Positions 62,637 to 64,000 of a stretch of DNA of 64,000 nucleotides are shown here, in pieces (the stretch's first letter is position 1; each line of letters starts with the position of its first letter). The notes under the pieces were generated by a model. The model saw only the letters and a list, made by a program, of their open reading frames with translations, was not told where the DNA came from and searched no databases. The stretch lies in the NCBI GenBank assembly GCA_963555825.3, contig CAUVXB020000002.1, forward strand, positions 3,168,001-3,232,000, read 5' to 3'. A program made the translations under genes and the position numbers. Origin of the DNA: Alphaproteobacteria bacterium (GTDB lineage: Bacteria; Pseudomonadota; Alphaproteobacteria; JAAXGF01).

Positions 62637-62705
62637 TAATACGACGTAATTCAATTCCTCGACGTGCAATTTATGTTGCCTCTGTTCCGGTTCGCATTTT
62701 CCCCG

Positions 62706-64000
62706 GTAAGCGTTCGTTCAGGCCGTGGAATGGGTCCCGTCAAGCGCATCTCCCACGTTGAGGCGAGGCCCCACAAGGTGCTGTCTTTCTGCTGGTAACG
62801 CGATTTGCCATGCGCTATCGTCGTGCGCATGGTGGTTCTGGACGAGGATTTTGGCACCAACCTGACGCTGGTCGAGGGTAATGGCGGGGTCCGGTTGTCC
62901 CCCGTGTCGGTGCCGGAGCACGCGCCGCGCGACTGGCGGTCACAGTGTGAGCGGGAACGGGCGCGGGCGGACGCGGCCGAAGCGCGCGCGGAAGAGCTGC
63001 GCTGGGCGGAAGTGGCCGCCCGCAGCGATGGCGGTTCGTGGAAGTCTCGGTTCAAGGCCTGCCGGCGCAGGCTGAGTGAGGCCGTCGAAGAGACGAAGGA
63101 AGCCCGCCGCACGGCAAGGGACGTGCCGTCCTTGCAGGCGGAAGTGGCGCGCCTGGAGACGCTCCTTTCTGAAGCCGGCATCGCGTCGGCCTTCGATACG
63201 GCCGGGGCGCTGCGCAAGGAGAACGCCCGGCTGCGCAAGGCCCTGGCGGCATCGAAGGCCCGTGAGGGCGCGACCGGGCCGTGGCCCGCTCCGCCCCGGC
63301 GGCGCACCGTCCTGGAGCCTTCCCCGGACCAGAAGGAGACCGTCAGGTCGCTTCGCACGGAACTCCGCCGGCTCGACAAGGAGGTGGTCCGGCGGGACAA
63401 GGAGAACGCCCGGCTGAACACGCGCCTCGACCAGGAGAAGGAGAGGACGGAGCGCATCAGGGAGACCGCGAAGAAGCTGTCCAGCGAGTCCCTTCGGCTC
63501 CACCGGGAGGTGAGGATACTGGGCGACGCCGAGGCCCGCGCCCGGTCGCTGTCCGACGAGGTTTTCTGGCTGCGCCATGCCCTGGAGGTGTCCAAAGCCG
63601 GTAAGGAGAAGTTGAAGGCCCGGCTCGCCAAGCTTCGGGCGGCCGGGGCGACGCTGTCGAAGCTGCCGTCCGACGAGGCTGCTCAACTGCGCGCGGCGTT
63701 GAGGCGATCGCGGCGCCAGAAGACGACGATCGAGGCGCTGCGCAAGGGCAACGCCCGTCTGCGCAGGACCATGCGGAAGTTGGAGACCCGGAAAGCGGCG
63801 CTGGCGGTTCAGCCTGCCAAGCTTCGCGCGATCAGGAAGGCACTCGAGTCCGAGCTTGCCGGGCTTCGGGCGGTCAGGAAGACGTTGTCGAAGTCGCTGT
63901 CCGTTGCAGACGCCGATCTCCGCAGGGCTCTGCGAAGGTCGCGGCGCCAGAAGGCTACGATCAAGTCGCTGTCCCGGGAGAACGCCCGCCTGCGCAAGGG
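62706..64000 (+). mobile_element. Probable IS66-family element, left part only
   Basis: Starts GTAAGCG (IS66-type terminus), with a composition shift and a long ORF. The catalytic region is not visible in the window. Confidence 0.55.
62829..64000 (+). CDS. Long Arg-rich coiled-coil protein (probable transposase N-terminus), runs off window
   Basis: Hand-translated open frame of about 390 codons: MVVLDEDFG...ERERARADAAEARAEELRWAE..., with repeated ENARL and LRRSRRQK.TI..L units. Absent from the ORF track because there is no stop in the window. Confidence 0.75.
   Translation, partial: MVVLDEDFGTNLTLVEGNGGVRLSPVSVPEHAPRDWRSQCERERARADAAEARAEELRWAEVAARSDGGSWKSRFKACRRRLSEAVEETKEARRTARDVPSLQAEVARLETLLSEAGIASAFDTAGALRKENARLRKALAASKAREGATGPWPAPPRRRTVLEPSPDQKETVRSLRTELRRLDKEVVRRDKENARLNTRLDQEKERTERIRETAKKLSSESLRLHREVRILGDAEARARSLSDEVFWLRHALEVSKAGKEKLKARLAKLRAAGATLSKLPSDEAAQLRAALRRSRRQKTTIEALRKGNARLRRTMRKLETRKAALAVQPAKLRAIRKALESELAGLRAVRKTLSKSLSVADADLRRALRRSRRQKATIKSLSRENARLRK

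Overview
High-GC alphaproteobacterial chromosome segment, probably Rhodospirillales-like. The lineage is inferred from a two-piece permuted tmRNA followed by sspB-tfoX-fumC, plus thyX, mrp-hflKC and serB/miaA/ilvIHC. The backbone is housekeeping and catabolic genes: hutH (partial), prmA, uvrD, ClC channel, D-lactate dehydrogenase, a MocR regulator with pdxJ, AsmA, fumC, ssrA, thyX, apbC, hflKC, aminotransferases, an amidase, serB, miaA, ilvIHC, an amidohydrolase, two acyl-CoA ligases, cspA, pimCD-like genes, an SDR and a CBS protein. On top of this is a dense layer of mobile and repetitive DNA: two IS630 elements, an IS3 inside an adenylate cyclase gene, and a probable IS66 running off the right edge. 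The most unusual signals are these. (1) Three ~260-270 bp TA-flanked miniature elements (10317-10577, 38688-38959, 58664-58931) have unrelated terminal inverted repeats but the same two-armed fold and central CCC-loop-GGG hairpin, and there are several solo or collapsed TIR scars next to stop codons. (2) An array of five 13-bp palindromes carries IHF-like sites in fixed register (24438-24661), beside a 33-aa internally deleted aldo/keto reductase. (3) A TPR-fused protein carries the eukaryotic PRMT7/PRMT9 arginine methyltransferase motifs. (4) A Slam/T11SS-like barrel is cut by an amber codon lying inside a perfect 18-bp palindrome, upstream of a FecR-domain partner gene. (5) An orphan AapQ-AapM-like permease fusion lacks EAA loops. 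All calls are by eye from motifs. No database searches or folding programs were run, and start codons are best estimates.
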